A stretch of DNA of 64,000 bases from Candidatus Dojkabacteria bacterium (GTDB lineage: Bacteria > Patescibacteriota > Dojkabacteria > SC72), in NCBI GenBank assembly GCA_012842045.1, contig DUTP01000005.1:11332-75331 (forward strand), in the 5' to 3' direction. Shown here piece by piece: positions 1 through 9,441 of the stretch. Positions within the stretch are counted from its first letter, which is position 1; each line of letters begins with the position of its first letter. The translations under genes and the position numbers were made by a program. Below the pieces are notes generated by a model, which saw only the letters and a program-made list of their open reading frames with translations, had not been told where the DNA came from and ran no database searches.

Positions 1-163
1 TTTTTAATGCTTCCAAGAGCATTACTGTAAAACCATATGCTGCATTCACCTGTATTCCATCTTCTGTTTGAAGTGTTGGAGGATATGCATGGAATGCTCT
101 GTGTACTATTGCATTGGCATCTATGGCTAAGAATCTATCCTTACCATTTTTTATCAAATTCAT
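1..163 (-). CDS. polA: DNA polymerase I, N-terminal 5'-3' exonuclease domain (partial, runs off window; could be a stand-alone 5'-3' exonuclease)
   Basis: Not in ORF track. Manual translation from ATG at 163: MNLIKNGKDRFLAIDANAIVHRAFHAYPPTLQTEDGIQVNAAYGFTVMLLEALK, matching the PolA 5'-nuclease start motif (ID...HRAFHA...NA.YGF). Confidence 0.88.
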   Translation of the reverse strand, partial: MNLIKNGKDRFLAIDANAIVHRAFHAYPPTLQTEDGIQVNAAYGFTVMLLEALK

Positions 164-182
164 ACATGTATTTTATCACAAA

Positions 183-387
183 AGGTCTTGCCTAGGTCTG
201 CCCCTCGTTCACAACTTGTTCTTAATCTAAAAGTTGTAGTTCTCATATACCTTTTTGGTGTACCTGTTCCTCCGCTTACACCTAAAATCCGCACGCTTAC
301 AAAACCCGAGGTCCAGGAAACTGTTTGGTAGGTACATAACCATATGATTAAAATTTTCTTTCCAAGGGGTAGACCCAGGTCAGGCCT
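183..387. ncRNA. Putative rod-shaped structured RNA, 6S RNA-like
   Basis: 22-bp imperfect closing stem 184-205 / 365-386; inner pairings TCATAT/ATATGA and GTACCTG/TAGGTAC; side hairpin ACAACTT/AAGTTGT; GC-richer than flanks; about 205 nt. Strand ambiguous. Confidence 0.55.
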
Positions 388-462
388 GTTGTACTCATCT
401 TCTAGAATTGGTATATTTAGACAACAAACAGGGTGTTTATATAATTTCTTAAACATATTTAT

Positions 463-1200
463 ATGGAAAAAGAAAAGAGACCCCAAGAAGAAGAGCAAAC
501 TTCCCCACCAAAGCAAACAGGAAAAACCTGTCCACTCATCCAAAAACCAAAACTTCTGATTGGAATCATTGTTCTGCTGCTCATCATTATCTTACTTCTG
601 TTATTCCTAATATTCAGAGATAAACAAACTACAAATGACAGTAAGATAGAAGACAAAAAAGTATCCGAAGAAGAGAAAGAGGTTAAACCTACGATCAATT
701 GTCCTGAAGGATATGAGATTGAAGGAGATGTATGTGAAAGAAAAGCCTCTAAACCTGCATCAAGTAAATTTGTATGTCCGGAAGGAATGATAGAGGTTGG
801 TCCTGATGGTCCATGTGGTCTGTACAAGCAGAAAGCAGAACCAACTCAAAGATGCCCAAAGGGAACTATCTATCAGGTTGAGATAAAGACTCTCTACTAT
901 TGCTACACACAATCAAGACCACCAGAGAGTTGTGGAGAGGATCCTGAAAGCTCGTATCTCGCCGATGGTAAATGCTACTATGCAAGAATTGATTCTGAAA
1001 CAACATATACTTGTCCTAGTAATATGGTTTCCTACAAAGGAGATTGTTATGCAAAAGCAGATAAAATTAAAAAATACTCATGTGATAGTGGGTATACACT
1101 TGAAGGAACTAATTGTGTAAAGGTAGAAAGAACGGAACAGATGAAAGATTGTCCTACTGGATATGAGTTGGAGATAGATAGGTGTGTAGTAGACAAATAG
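463..1200 (+). CDS. Membrane-anchored Cys-rich repeat surface protein (CPxGY-type repeats)
   Basis: N-terminal TM helix, then 14 Cys in seven short C..C units such as CPEGYEIEGDVC, CDSGYTLEGTNC, CPTGYELEIDRC. Confidence 0.8.
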   Translation: MEKEKRPQEEEQTSPPKQTGKTCPLIQKPKLLIGIIVLLLIIILLLLFLIFRDKQTTNDSKIEDKKVSEEEKEVKPTINCPEGYEIEGDVCERKASKPASSKFVCPEGMIEVGPDGPCGLYKQKAEPTQRCPKGTIYQVEIKTLYYCYTQSRPPESCGEDPESSYLADGKCYYARIDSETTYTCPSNMVSYKGDCYAKADKIKKYSCDSGYTLEGTNCVKVERTEQMKDCPTGYELEIDRCVVDK

Positions 1201-1233
1201 TTATTTAATTTAATTTTAATTAATAAACAATAT

Positions 1234-1863
1234 ATGGACGAACAAAACAGCACTGGAAAACCCTCAGTTGTTCTAAAAACTGTAATTGCCATCTTGGCAA
1301 TAGGAGCTTGTGTTCTCGGGTTCTTTGTATATCAAGAGTTAAAGACAGAGAATAAATCCTTCAAAGATATGATTCTTGATATAACAAAAGGTGGAAAGAA
1401 AGAAGAGGTTGTAGAAGAAGATGAGGTGGTGGAGATTGTAACTGATAATACAGACGAGGAAGAGACCAAAACACCAGAAGTTAAAGCTCCTAGTATTTCA
1501 TTTACTAAAGATGAAATTGAAAATATTAAAGCAATATTAGACACATTAAATACACAACCACTTCTTGGATATATGGATGGAGATGTAATGATGTATTATG
1601 ATTCTGCAGAATTAAGCGAGACTCTTAATTCTACAAAAGCAACCCTGAAACTTGGTGAGTACTTTGCTAAAGCAAAGACACCATGGACTTTCCCTTTAAC
1701 AGAAGAACAGAAAGCTGAGTATGCTTCAAAGAGTGAGTTTAAGAAATTCTTTGGTGGAGATTGTTTAACAGGAATATCTAATAATTATTTAGTATCTCTC
1801 TGTTTTAATGAAAGTAAGAAGATAACAAAGATGCTGTTTTCTAACGATATGAGTATATATTAG
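1234..1863 (+). CDS. Hypothetical membrane-anchored protein
   Basis: 209-aa ORF with N-terminal TM and acidic linker; co-oriented with the upstream gene. Confidence 0.75.
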   Translation: MDEQNSTGKPSVVLKTVIAILAIGACVLGFFVYQELKTENKSFKDMILDITKGGKKEEVVEEDEVVEIVTDNTDEEETKTPEVKAPSISFTKDEIENIKAILDTLNTQPLLGYMDGDVMMYYDSAELSETLNSTKATLKLGEYFAKAKTPWTFPLTEEQKAEYASKSEFKKFFGGDCLTGISNNYLVSLCFNESKKITKMLFSNDMSIY

Positions 1864-1888
1864 GTTGAGTTAGTGAGATTAAAATAGC

Positions 1889-1919
1889 AGAAAAGAGGGG
1901 TATACACCCCCTCTTTTCT
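1889..1919. terminator. Bidirectional intrinsic terminator
   Basis: AGAAAAGAGGGG-TATACAC-CCCCTCTTTTCT inverted repeat between convergent genes. Confidence 0.85.
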
Positions 1920-1938
1920 TTTCCTATCTCCAGAACCC

Positions 1939-3285
1939 TTAGTTTATAAAGATGCTTAGACCCTCATGCTGACCACCAGGAGTTTTAACCTGTAAAGAAA
2001 GTGGAGATCCTGGCCCTGTCGTCAAATTCTTACTTGTAATATTTACAAAAGCTCCTGAACTTCGATCAAAAGTAAAGAATTTAGGCACATCGTAAGATGA
2101 GGCAGAGAAGTTAGCTGTAACACCTCCAAAATATACATTCTTTGTTTCATTGGTGTTCATATGAAGTTGCCAATTAGAGTGAGACAGTTTCATCTCTCCT
2201 GTAACTTCAACCTCGTTACTCTTTACACCCCCAACTTCAACCCAGAATTTTCCAACACAATCAGTACGGAATGTTGCTCCACCACCAATAGTACCAGTAG
2301 TTTGATTCAAACTCATACAACCATTCTGTCCGTAATGATATGTTCCATAGAATTTTTTGTCGTCCTGTCCCTCTGCATCTGGTGGATTCACTACTACGGA
2401 CTTCACAGGAACAGTATTTCCTTCTCCAAGATAAGCAATGTTTCTGGTATATGTTAATGTTACTGAAACAACCGGATTAGTAACTGAAACATTAGCAATT
2501 GCTGTTTTCCCATTAGCTGTTTTCACTGTAATAACAGCATTACCTGTCTTAACAGCAGTAACAACACCCTTACTATTTACAGTTGCTACTGAAGTATCAC
2601 TAGAAGACCAAGTAACAGCCTTATTAGAAGCATTTGCAGGCAAAACAGTTGCAACTAAAGTACCTGTATTACCCTTTCTTAAAGCTAAACTTGTTTTATC
2701 TAGTGTTACACCCGTAACTTCTACATTTGCAGGAGTTTCATCTTTCTTCTCTTCCTTCTTTGCCTCTTCCCACTGAGCAACTAAGATAAGATCTTTTGTA
2801 ACTGGTTGTGTAAAATCATACTCCTCACCATCTAAGAACCACCCTTTAAATGTAGCATTAGCCTTAGTAGGTCTTAATGGTATAGTAACAACATCATTTT
2901 CTTCTACTTCTATCTCCATTGATGATTTCCCATTATCTGGCATAAATGTTACCTTAAATGTTACAGCATCCTCTGGTATCCAGCTAGCTACTAATTTAAT
3001 ATCATTAGTAATCTCAGCTGAAGGTGCAAATGGTTGTCCATCTAATAACCAACCATTAAACTTAAACCCTTCTTTGGTTGGATCTTCTGGGAAATCAACA
3101 ACCTCTCCATCCTTAACAACAATCTGTTCAATAACAGTACCACCATCAGTATCAAAAGTTATAGTATATGTTTTTTCCTTCTTTAGGAAAAAGAATGCTG
3201 CTATAGCTGCAAGCAATAACAAAGCACCTCCTACAATGTAGAGAAGCTTTTTGTTTTTAAGAACTTCTTTTGGTTTGTTCTCCAT
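1939..3285 (-). CDS. Surface protein with two InlB B-repeat (Listeria-Bacteroides) domains and a bacterial Ig-like (Big_2) domain
   Basis: TM anchor; YTITFDTDGGT...PTKEGFKFNGW-type repeat twice; VTGVTLDKTSLAL...ATVLPANASNKAVTWSSSDTSVATV Big_2 signature. Confidence 0.88.
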   Translation of the reverse strand: MENKPKEVLKNKKLLYIVGGALLLLAAIAAFFFLKKEKTYTITFDTDGGTVIEQIVVKDGEVVDFPEDPTKEGFKFNGWLLDGQPFAPSAEITNDIKLVASWIPEDAVTFKVTFMPDNGKSSMEIEVEENDVVTIPLRPTKANATFKGWFLDGEEYDFTQPVTKDLILVAQWEEAKKEEKKDETPANVEVTGVTLDKTSLALRKGNTGTLVATVLPANASNKAVTWSSSDTSVATVNSKGVVTAVKTGNAVITVKTANGKTAIANVSVTNPVVSVTLTYTRNIAYLGEGNTVPVKSVVVNPPDAEGQDDKKFYGTYHYGQNGCMSLNQTTGTIGGGATFRTDCVGKFWVEVGGVKSNEVEVTGEMKLSHSNWQLHMNTNETKNVYFGGVTANFSASSYDVPKFFTFDRSSGAFVNITSKNLTTGPGSPLSLQVKTPGGQHEGLSIFIN

Positions 3286-3363
3286 AGTTGAAATGTAAAA
3301 TTTAAATGATATCTAAATAATAGCATAAACAAGGGGGATTTCAAAAGTTCTCTTAAGCCTAGT

Positions 3364-3693
3364 ATGATATATTATAGTATAGAGATGAAAGAGTTTATAA
3401 CCAAAAACATAGAGAAAGTAGCTAAGGGGTTAAGTTTTGAGGATTGTGCTAATGATATCCCAGACTATACTTTTACTAAGGAAGAGGTTTCTACTATCTC
3501 ATACATCCAAAAAATGCTTCCTCTAGCATGTGCTAGATATCTCAAGAATGAAATTTTACTCGAGGATTTAGTTAGTAAAGCTAACTATATTATGTTTGAT
3601 AGGTATAACCCTAGTATGTTAAGTAGATTATTAAAAAAAGATCTTTGTGATTTTATAATGCTACTTGGAGAAGCTGATTACTGTTTAGAATAA
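3364..3693 (+). CDS. Hypothetical protein (true start may be ATG at 3385)
   Basis: 109-aa ORF filling the gap; TATAGT lies 6 nt before the second ATG. Confidence 0.6.
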   Translation: MIYYSIEMKEFITKNIEKVAKGLSFEDCANDIPDYTFTKEEVSTISYIQKMLPLACARYLKNEILLEDLVSKANYIMFDRYNPSMLSRLLKKDLCDFIMLLGEADYCLE

Positions 3694-3694
3694 C

Positions 3695-5599
3695 TTATTT
3701 CTTCTCTATAAACAGTTCCTCAAACTCTTCTCTTGTAACAACTTCTTTCTCTAGTAGCAAGTCAACCAATTTCTCAACATACTCTTTCTGTTCTGTTAGA
3801 ACTTTCTTTGCATCCACATATGCTTCATCAATTAACCTCTTCACTTCAGCATCTATTGTCTTTGCTGTTTCCTCACTAAAGTCTCTGCCACCACCATATT
3901 TGTATCCTAGATGAGAAGTCTCATCCATATCACCATATTTAACCATACCTAACTTTTCACTCATACCGTATTTCATAACCATCTCTTTAGCTAATTCTGT
4001 TGCCTGTTCAATATCTGCAGAAGCACCTGAAGAAATATCATCCAAGAATATCTCCTCAGCAGCTCTACCACCAACACCACTTCTTAACCAAGCTAACATT
4101 TGAGCCTTGTAAAGAGTTTTTCTCTCTTTCTCTGGAATGTAAACTGTTACTCCTCCTGTCATACCTCTTGGAATAATGGAAACCTGCTCTACTGGGTCAG
4201 AACCTGGTGTAAATTTAGCAACAATCGCATGCCCTGCTTCATGATATGCTGTCTTCCTCAAATCCTCTTCCTCTGTCTCCCTATTTTTCTTTCTACCAAG
4301 TTTAACCTTTAAAAATGCTTCATCTATATCATCCTGCCCTATCTCCTTATCACCCTCCTGTGCAGCCATAATTGCTGCTTCATTGAGAATATTTTCTAAA
4401 TCTGCACCAGAATACCCTATTGTCTTCTTAGCAAGATCTTTTAGATTAACACCCTCTGCAAACTTCTTGTTCTTAGCATGCACCGCTAAAATCTCTTCTC
4501 TACCCTTAGCATCTGGCATATGAACTACAACCATCCTATCAAACCTACCAGGTCTTAAAATTGCTGGATCAAGCACATCTGGCCTGTTTGTAGCTGCAAG
4601 TACAATTACATTCTCCCTTTCTTCCAAACCATCCATCTCAACAAGAATTTGATTAAGAGTCTGTTCTCCTGCACCAGAATGAAGTACTGTACCTCTCTTC
4701 TTAGCAACAGCATCAATCTCATCGATAAAGATAATACATGGTGTAGTATTCCTTGCCTTCTTGAAAAGGTCTCTCACCCTTGAAGCACCAGCACCTACCA
4801 ACATCTCCTCAAATTCAGAACCAGATGTATGGAAAAATGGAACACCAGCTTCACCAGCGATAGCTTTTGCTAAGAGTGTCTTACCTGTACCCGGAGCACC
4901 AGCTAAAAGAACACCCCTTGGAATTCGTGCTCCCAAATCTCTGTATTTCTTAGGATTTTTAAGAAAATCCACAATCTCTGTTAATTCCTCTTTAACATCA
5001 TCAATACCTGCAACATCATCAAAAGATGTCCCTGTCTTCTTACCAAACAACATCCTAGCTTTACTCTCACCAAAATCCATAATCTTACCACCAGAAGCCT
5101 GCATATTTTTAATCATGAAAAACCCAAGTGTTACTGCTGCTGTTAAAAAGAGTAAAGTCAACACATCACCAAAAGATATCCCAACTTTCGGTTCATAGAA
5201 ATCATCTCCTAACTCTTTAATATCTATCTCTGCATCAGAGAGGACTTGATAAAAATCCATTCCTTGAGGTAATCTTGCATACTCTTTTCTAACAACATCC
5301 CTACCAGCAATCTTCTCTTCCTTTTCTAAAACAACCATATCATCTTTCAGAACAATCTTGTCATAGTCTTTCTCTGAAATACTTGTAATCACATTACTAA
5401 CGGAAACTTCCTCTCCTTTATAGGAAAGAAGACCATAAAGATACATACCTAGAGACACCAAAACTACTATACTTATAATAGCTGGGACACTAGGAAGCTT
5501 AACTCTTCTCCCAGTAGGCATCTTTCTCAAATCCACAACATATACATTCTTCTTATCTTCTGTCTTTTTATTCTTCTTTTTATCTTTCTGTTCGCTCAT
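3695..5599 (-). CDS. ftsH: ATP-dependent zinc metalloprotease FtsH
   Basis: Two TM segments, Walker A GAPGTGKT, Walker B IFIDEID, SRH ([10 protein letters not shown]), HEAGH zinc motif. Confidence 0.98.
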   Translation of the reverse strand: MSEQKDKKKNKKTEDKKNVYVVDLRKMPTGRRVKLPSVPAIISIVVLVSLGMYLYGLLSYKGEEVSVSNVITSISEKDYDKIVLKDDMVVLEKEEKIAGRDVVRKEYARLPQGMDFYQVLSDAEIDIKELGDDFYEPKVGISFGDVLTLLFLTAAVTLGFFMIKNMQASGGKIMDFGESKARMLFGKKTGTSFDDVAGIDDVKEELTEIVDFLKNPKKYRDLGARIPRGVLLAGAPGTGKTLLAKAIAGEAGVPFFHTSGSEFEEMLVGAGASRVRDLFKKARNTTPCIIFIDEIDAVAKKRGTVLHSGAGEQTLNQILVEMDGLEERENVIVLAATNRPDVLDPAILRPGRFDRMVVVHMPDAKGREEILAVHAKNKKFAEGVNLKDLAKKTIGYSGADLENILNEAAIMAAQEGDKEIGQDDIDEAFLKVKLGRKKNRETEEEDLRKTAYHEAGHAIVAKFTPGSDPVEQVSIIPRGMTGGVTVYIPEKERKTLYKAQMLAWLRSGVGGRAAEEIFLDDISSGASADIEQATELAKEMVMKYGMSEKLGMVKYGDMDETSHLGYKYGGGRDFSEETAKTIDAEVKRLIDEAYVDAKKVLTEQKEYVEKLVDLLLEKEVVTREEFEELFIEKK

Positions 5600-5649
5600 A
5601 GACCTAAAGTTTCAATTTTAAATAAGATAGGAATATTATCTTTAAAGTA

Positions 5650-5723
5650 TGGTGGGAAGTGGAATCGAACCACCGACCTTGGGTTTATGAATCCCATGCT
5701 CTAACCAACTGAGCTATCCCACC
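5650..5723 (-). tRNA. tRNA-Met (CAT), elongator; CCA not encoded
   Basis: Cloverleaf GGTGGGA...TCCCACC-A, anticodon loop TT-CAT-AA, T-loop TTCGATT. Confidence 0.9.
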
Positions 5724-5835
5724 AAGTACTAGCAATTATATCAAAGAACTCCAGATAAGGTAACCACAGGTGTTTGTATATACAGAGAGAGAACTATTAG
5801 TGATTTTGAAGAGATATTTAACATACTATAAGGTG

Positions 5836-6396
5836 CTAAGATGCTTTTCCTGTATACTGTCCTGTTTCTGTATTAATTTTAACAATATCTCCCTGTTTAA
5901 TGAAAAGAGGAACATGAACCTTGTAACCTGTCTCTAGAGTCACTTCTTTTGTAGCTGAGCTAGAAGTATTCCCCCTCACTGCATCAACCGCCTTTGTAAC
6001 TTCAAGTTCAACCGATGGATTCTCTTTCAAAGTTAGTATTTTTCCTTCATAGACCATTACTAAAACAGTTTCTCCCTCTTTAAGAAATTGTACATAATCA
6101 CCAACAACATCCTTTGGAATCATAACGGTTTCGTATGTTTCTGAATCCATAAAATATGAACCTGCATCATCAGAATACAAGAACTGGAAAGCTTTTGTCT
6201 CCGGTTCTATATATTCTACCTTAGCACCAGCCTTAATTGTCTTATTTACAATCTGACCATTATCCAAAGCTTTCATCCTAAGAATTATCAAACCCCCTTG
6301 TCTTCCTTGTGTTTTTAATTGTCTCTCCTGTACAAGAAAAACTCTACCTTCTTCTAAAAGATACATACCTTTTACTGGTTGTGTCGTTACTGGCAT
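5836..6396 (-). CDS. efp: Elongation factor P
   Basis: FQFLYSD, YFMDSETYE, VRGNT, LETG..VPLFI..GD.VKINTETGQY signatures; loop tip is TQGRQG rather than PGKG. Confidence 0.95.
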   Translation of the reverse strand: MPVTTQPVKGMYLLEEGRVFLVQERQLKTQGRQGGLIILRMKALDNGQIVNKTIKAGAKVEYIEPETKAFQFLYSDDAGSYFMDSETYETVMIPKDVVGDYVQFLKEGETVLVMVYEGKILTLKENPSVELEVTKAVDAVRGNTSSSATKEVTLETGYKVHVPLFIKQGDIVKINTETGQYTGKAS

Positions 6397-6430
6397 ATTA
6401 ATATCTACTTAATTAAACAATGGAATTCTA

Positions 6431-7357
6431 TCACCTCTCTAAATACTCCACAACCTTAGGGAAAATCTCCTTCCTCATTAAAATACCTTCATACTTAGTC
6501 CCTTTGTCAATATCAGAAAGATTAAAAATACTTGAAAACAGCCCTGTAGAAGAATGATCTATTGTTAAAAAGTAGTTAAAGCCATCAATAATATCAACAA
6601 CTGAAAGAAGGAGATAATCTAAACTATTCTCCCCCTTTATCTCGCTCAAAACTCTTCTAATATTACCTTCTAACTCCTTCACCCTCCTAACAGCATCAGA
6701 CAACTCAAGTTGAACAACCCCTACTCTCTCTCCTTGAATTTCATAAAACTTGAATTCCTCTCTCATTATCTCATTTAAATTCTCTTTATTAATATTTGAT
6801 TTATACTCAAACATACTTGCTACATAGCTACTCTCAACCATACTAATCTCCTTCAACCATTCCCCCATATCCCTATCCCTCTGTGTTGTTACGTTATTTC
6901 TAAAATTTACAGTATTAGAAACAATTGCAGAGTAAAGGAGAACTGCAGTATCTCTAGAGGGAAGAATACCCACTTCCTGAAATCTCTCAGCTATCAATGT
7001 AGCACAAGACCCAACTAAATCTATATGAAGTTCAGCATTCGGAAAACCTTGTATATACGCTAACTTTCTATGATCTATAACCTCAAAGACCTTGTTAATA
7101 TCTATCAACTCATCTATTCCGTTAGGGTCAGAAACATCAACGAGAATAATCTCTCCATCACCATACCCATTCTGTACCAATTCAATATTCAAACCACCTA
7201 AATATTTCTTAACAAACTCTGTTTCCTCACCAATATCTCCTGCATATACCGCTCTTGCTTGCTTACCTTGCATATTAAGTAGTTCAGCATAACCAATAGC
7301 ACATGCAACACAATCAATATCTGGATTTACATACCCCGTTATAGTAATCATTGTCAC
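6431..7357 (-). CDS. ppaC: DHH-family Mn-dependent inorganic pyrophosphatase-like protein (degenerate motifs)
   Basis: NPDxD, VD, IDHR, VGSCATL, SAIVSNT, TTQRD and C-terminal DHHA2-like MRKEIFP. Confidence 0.75.
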   Translation of the reverse strand: MTMITITGYVNPDIDCVACAIGYAELLNMQGKQARAVYAGDIGEETEFVKKYLGGLNIELVQNGYGDGEIILVDVSDPNGIDELIDINKVFEVIDHRKLAYIQGFPNAELHIDLVGSCATLIAERFQEVGILPSRDTAVLLYSAIVSNTVNFRNNVTTQRDRDMGEWLKEISMVESSYVASMFEYKSNINKENLNEIMREEFKFYEIQGERVGVVQLELSDAVRRVKELEGNIRRVLSEIKGENSLDYLLLSVVDIIDGFNYFLTIDHSSTGLFSSIFNLSDIDKGTKYEGILMRKEIFPKVVEYLER

Positions 7358-7429
7358 ATTGATATTACCACACTTTTAATTCCTTGACATATTTAAGTAT
7401 TTCGGTGATAAATAGGTAGAATAATTTAA

Positions 7430-8671
7430 TTGAATAAATATATGGAAAACAAACCAATTAAATATTGTCTCTTAGTACTTAGTTCATTACTCCTTCTAGT
7501 CATTGGAGCAATTTTTGGAGCCAAATATATGTACAATCGAAATGCAGAAACAGTAAAAAATGTAAAACCTAAAGGAATGATGTTGTTAATTGAATTTAAC
7601 AATACAGATGGACTAGCAAATATGGTAAATGATATGAGGGAAAGGAATATTAAAGGATTATTAATGGTCAATGCCGATTTCATAAAGAAGAATGCTGAGG
7701 AATTAAAAGAAATTCTTAAAACAGGAGTAGTAGAACTCTGCCCTTCATATGATCCAGAGCCTTTCTGGGGAATGCCTTACGAAAAACAATATACAATTAT
7801 TAAGGAAATGTTAGAAAATTCCAAAGAATACCTAGGTGTTACTCCAAGAGCTATTAGTTCAAGATATATGGCATCTGATGAAATAACTCTAAAGGTGGCC
7901 GATGAATTAGGGATTGAATATATCACAGCGAGGGGTACAACAGAGTTAGCAACAACTATCTACAAACCAGAAGAATATGATGTAAAGATTATCTCCGTTT
8001 CAAATATTGATGTCCCTGAATTTAAATATGGTAGTTTCTGTGATTACAGTTTCTACGAAAGAGCTGGAGAGCCAGAGGATATGGAAGAGCAGTTTAAGAG
8101 GGCAATCCAGAACAAGAAGATAATGGCAACATCACATACATATATCGGTGGATACAAAGAGAGATGGAATGAGATGTGGCATAGATTGTGGGATAACTAC
8201 GGTGTTGAATGGGTAGATTTAGATACTTTAGGAACTGTAGACAAGACAATGCCTACATGGCAGATTCCTGTAAACAGAAATGCGCCATATACTCCAGAGA
8301 AAATTAGACCTAAACTTGAATTCCAAGATGAAGCAAATGTAATGAATCCATGCAAGGTAGAAGACCTTAATGAAGATAGTACATATGTACCAGAGGAGAA
8401 AAACAACAGAGTAGTAGTATTCCACAATGGAAGTGGAAACATGTGCTTAGATTTATTAGCTTTTTTCAAGGAACACAACATAGAATATGAAGAACACTTA
8501 ACAACAGATACTGACTTTATCTCACAACTTAATTCTTACAAAAAAGGTAAGAGTGAAGGTGTATCTGACTCATACGGATACTACCCAATTATCTTTATTA
8601 ATGACAGAGCCTTCTCCGGATTTAACAAAGATATAGAGGGAGAAATCAAGAAGATATTGGAGATTAAGTAG
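7430..8671 (+). CDS. Membrane-anchored polysaccharide-deacetylase-like protein with C-terminal glutaredoxin-like domain (start probably ATG 7442)
   Basis: N-terminal TM; NodB-like barrel region (divergent); C-terminal Trx-fold segment VVVFHNGSGNMC...YPIIFINDRAFSGF with a single Cys. Confidence 0.6.
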   Translation: MNKYMENKPIKYCLLVLSSLLLLVIGAIFGAKYMYNRNAETVKNVKPKGMMLLIEFNNTDGLANMVNDMRERNIKGLLMVNADFIKKNAEELKEILKTGVVELCPSYDPEPFWGMPYEKQYTIIKEMLENSKEYLGVTPRAISSRYMASDEITLKVADELGIEYITARGTTELATTIYKPEEYDVKIISVSNIDVPEFKYGSFCDYSFYERAGEPEDMEEQFKRAIQNKKIMATSHTYIGGYKERWNEMWHRLWDNYGVEWVDLDTLGTVDKTMPTWQIPVNRNAPYTPEKIRPKLEFQDEANVMNPCKVEDLNEDSTYVPEEKNNRVVVFHNGSGNMCLDLLAFFKEHNIEYEEHLTTDTDFISQLNSYKKGKSEGVSDSYGYYPIIFINDRAFSGFNKDIEGEIKKILEIK

Positions 8672-8676
8672 AAAAA

Positions 8677-8751
8677 TGGTTGCGGGGGCTGGATTCGAAC
8701 CAGCGACCTTTAGGTTATGAGCCTAACGAGCTTCCACTGCTCTACCCCGCG
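8677..8751 (-). tRNA. Initiator tRNA-fMet (CAT), CCA encoded
   Basis: CGCGGGG 5' end with C1:A72 mismatch; anticodon arm TTAGG-CTCATAA-CCTAA; ends CCCGCAACCA. Confidence 0.95.
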
Positions 8752-8787
8752 GTAACTACCTATTTATACCACTTTTAAAGCTTTTGT

Positions 8788-9243
8788 TCAAATACCGTAT
8801 TTAAGAAATTCGTACCAAACAATATATGTTGGATCTTGAACCTTCTCCTGATTACCATAGAGATATGTATCAATTCCCTCTTTAGCGTGTTCTAACAAGG
8901 ATTCTGGTATCACAAAAAGATATTCATTCTCTCCACTAAAATTCAATCTATCTCTCGCCTGTACTTCTAAATATTCAGGTGTTTGCATAGATTCTAGTGC
9001 TAGTTCTAGTTTCAAATTCTTCAATCTCAACTCATCAACCTCCTGCTTTGCTCTTTTTGATATCTCTAGCTTCTCGCTTGTTATTTTAATCGAGTTATAT
9101 ACACTGTAAAAAAGAAAAATTGCTATACCCACAAGTGCAATCTGCACTAATTTACTGCTGAGAAACACATTGGCAGGTTTTTTAACCCCTCTCGATTCTT
9201 CAGTTACTAACTCTTTTACATCTCTGTATATTACTTTCCCCAT
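8788..9243 (-). CDS. Septum formation initiator (FtsB/DivIC family)
   Basis: Single TM, coiled coil, and PEYLEVQARDRLNFSGENE motif (E..AR..L....GE). Confidence 0.8.
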   Translation of the reverse strand: MGKVIYRDVKELVTEESRGVKKPANVFLSSKLVQIALVGIAIFLFYSVYNSIKITSEKLEISKRAKQEVDELRLKNLKLELALESMQTPEYLEVQARDRLNFSGENEYLFVIPESLLEHAKEGIDTYLYGNQEKVQDPTYIVWYEFLKYGI

Positions 9244-9356
9244 ATCTTATATTAACAGTTTAAGGAAGCATGCTCAACTACAACATTTTCAACGAATAAG
9301 GAGGTGTAGAACCTAATTCTCCAAAAGAGGGCCAACCAACCTATATACTTTTACTA

Positions 9357-9413
9357 TTGCTCTCAAGGTCCAAGGATGATATAATTAGTCTATAGCTGTA
9401 CAGTGCAGTTGTA
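9357..9413 (+). promoter_or_regulatory. Sigma70-type promoter of the recombinase gene followed by a 5' hairpin
   Basis: TTGCTC-17 nt-TATAAT (TG-extended); hairpin TATAGCTGTA-CAG-TGCAGTTGTA at 9391-9413. Confidence 0.55.
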
Positions 9414-9441
9414 TGCCCCTTAATTTAAGGTTTTTGTAGAC

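Noticed and set aside
160-559. ORF-track entries 160..543 (-) and 344..559 (+)
   Set aside because: They overlap the structured RNA candidate and the 463..1200 gene, and show no protein-like motifs.
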